Below are positions 31,497 to 32,641 of a stretch of DNA of 32,641 nucleotides, piece after piece (the stretch's first letter is position 1; each line of letters starts with the position of its first letter). Under the pieces are notes generated by a model. It was not told where the DNA came from. It ran no database searches and saw only the letters and a program-made list of their open reading frames with translations. The DNA comes from Catajapyx aquilonaris (taxonomy: Eukaryota): positions 1 to 32,641 of the forward strand of contig KZ539128.1 in assembly GCA_000934665.2 (NCBI GenBank), given 5' to 3'. The position numbers were made by a program, and so were the translations under genes.

Positions 31497-32093
31497 CAGG
31501 GCCGGATTTACCATTAGGCTAAGGTAGGCTGCAGCCTAGGGCCTCGAAGGCTAGGGGGCCTCCGGCCAAGGTGTTCTTTGTTTTTGTTGTTTTGGTTGGC
31601 CTGCAGCAACGGCCACTGTGCAGACCAACACTTCTACACAATCATTTCAACCGACAAGCTCATCTTACACATATTGTTATAACTCACTTCCCGCCGCGCC
31701 GTCGGAAGTATGGGAGCCGGAGGCGGTCACCTCCATTCTTTTTCACACCCATTCAAATCTCCCACATTCATCTAAGGTCATATGACCTTGAACCCCAAAA
31801 ATTTCGCCTGCGGCGGGCTTGCTCCCCGACCTAAGTTATGGTTTATGGATCCCCTCCCGAAAATTTTTTCTGCCTAGGCCCCTGTATTTGCGTTCATTAT
31901 AAATCCAATATGAGATACAGTGCTGTAATGTATTTGATGAAATTGGTAGCACTTTTTCCAAAAAATCATTAATATATTAGTGATTTTTGCCGATTTTGGG
32001 ATAATAACCTAGGTTTCTCAGGGGGGGTATTGTTGGGAAGGGCCTCACAAGTGGACATAGTCTTGGGCCTCTCTTCATCTAAATCCGACCCTG
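31497..32093. mobile_element. hAT-type MITE (597 bp)
   Basis: TIR CAGGGCCGGATTTA / TAAATCCGACCCTG. 8-bp TSD GCACACTC at 31489-31496 and 32094-32101. Confidence 0.92.
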
Positions 32094-32641
32094 GCACACT
32101 CAACCACATGTAACTATGTAATTTCACTTTCTCATTGTTCAACTCACCCACATGTAACCATCGTTTCATTAATCATATTTGTAAACAAGGTTTTGGAATA
32201 AAAGGACTGAACTAGGTCAAATCAGGGAGCATATCTAATACATATTTCAAGACCTATATCTGTCTGTCTGTCTGTCTTTTGTCACCTAAACAGATCCATA
32301 CGGAGGCCTCCACATATGCCCCAGGGGTATCACCAGGGGTAGTTTTTTACCGGGAATAACATAGGCACATTGGAATTGACCTCCGAGGTCATCCTGGGCC
32401 ACAGGAGGCGAAAAGAACTTTGGGAAGTTGGCATCCTGTTCTAATAATGCGCCTTTTCGTATCAACAAACCCCCTGTTCCGTTTCCAGGGGAACGGGCCT
32501 TCCCTCCTGTCAAGGCCGGAGGGGTCAACATCGCCCCGCCCCCTCCCCGTCCCCCCCTGACCATCACCTGCTCCATCCGCCCGCCCCCTCCTGATGCCCT
32601 CCTGTCACACACATGCACCCCACCCACCCTCTTACCCTCCC

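Noticed and set aside
32258..32641. Helentron/DINE-like element starting with (TGTC)n
   Set aside because: Only the microsatellite and a GC shift support it, and the other end lies outside the window.

Overview
Repeat-rich eukaryotic (animal, probably invertebrate/arthropod) genomic DNA with two N-gaps; nothing prokaryotic. It has three host coding loci, all on the minus strand. (1) A single-exon BTB-BACK-Kelch ORF (27740-29524). (2) A spliced THEG-repeat (testicular haploid expressed / sperm microtubule-associated) gene that the ORF track misses. I rebuilt it by hand as up to 12 phase-consistent exons (24511 to 11695, 939 nt, 312 aa). The six 3' exons are well supported; the 5' exons, including 39/30/15-nt micro-exons, are tentative. 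(3) A frameshifted orphan C2H2 zinc-finger last exon (7640-8148). The rest is a dense, often nested mobile-element landscape with readable target-site duplications (TSDs): four tRNA-derived SINE families, RTE-LINE 3' ends, hAT-, Harbinger-, Tc1/mariner- and piggyBac-like MITEs, a Helitron and a solo LTR. Most worth following up: the micro-exon THEG gene, a three-deep retro-insertion stack in one SINE tail, a 318-bp minisatellite-carrying transposon with unusual termini, and a 3'-truncated SINE that still has a perfect TSD. All calls were made by eye without database searches, so I cannot claim a new system with confidence.
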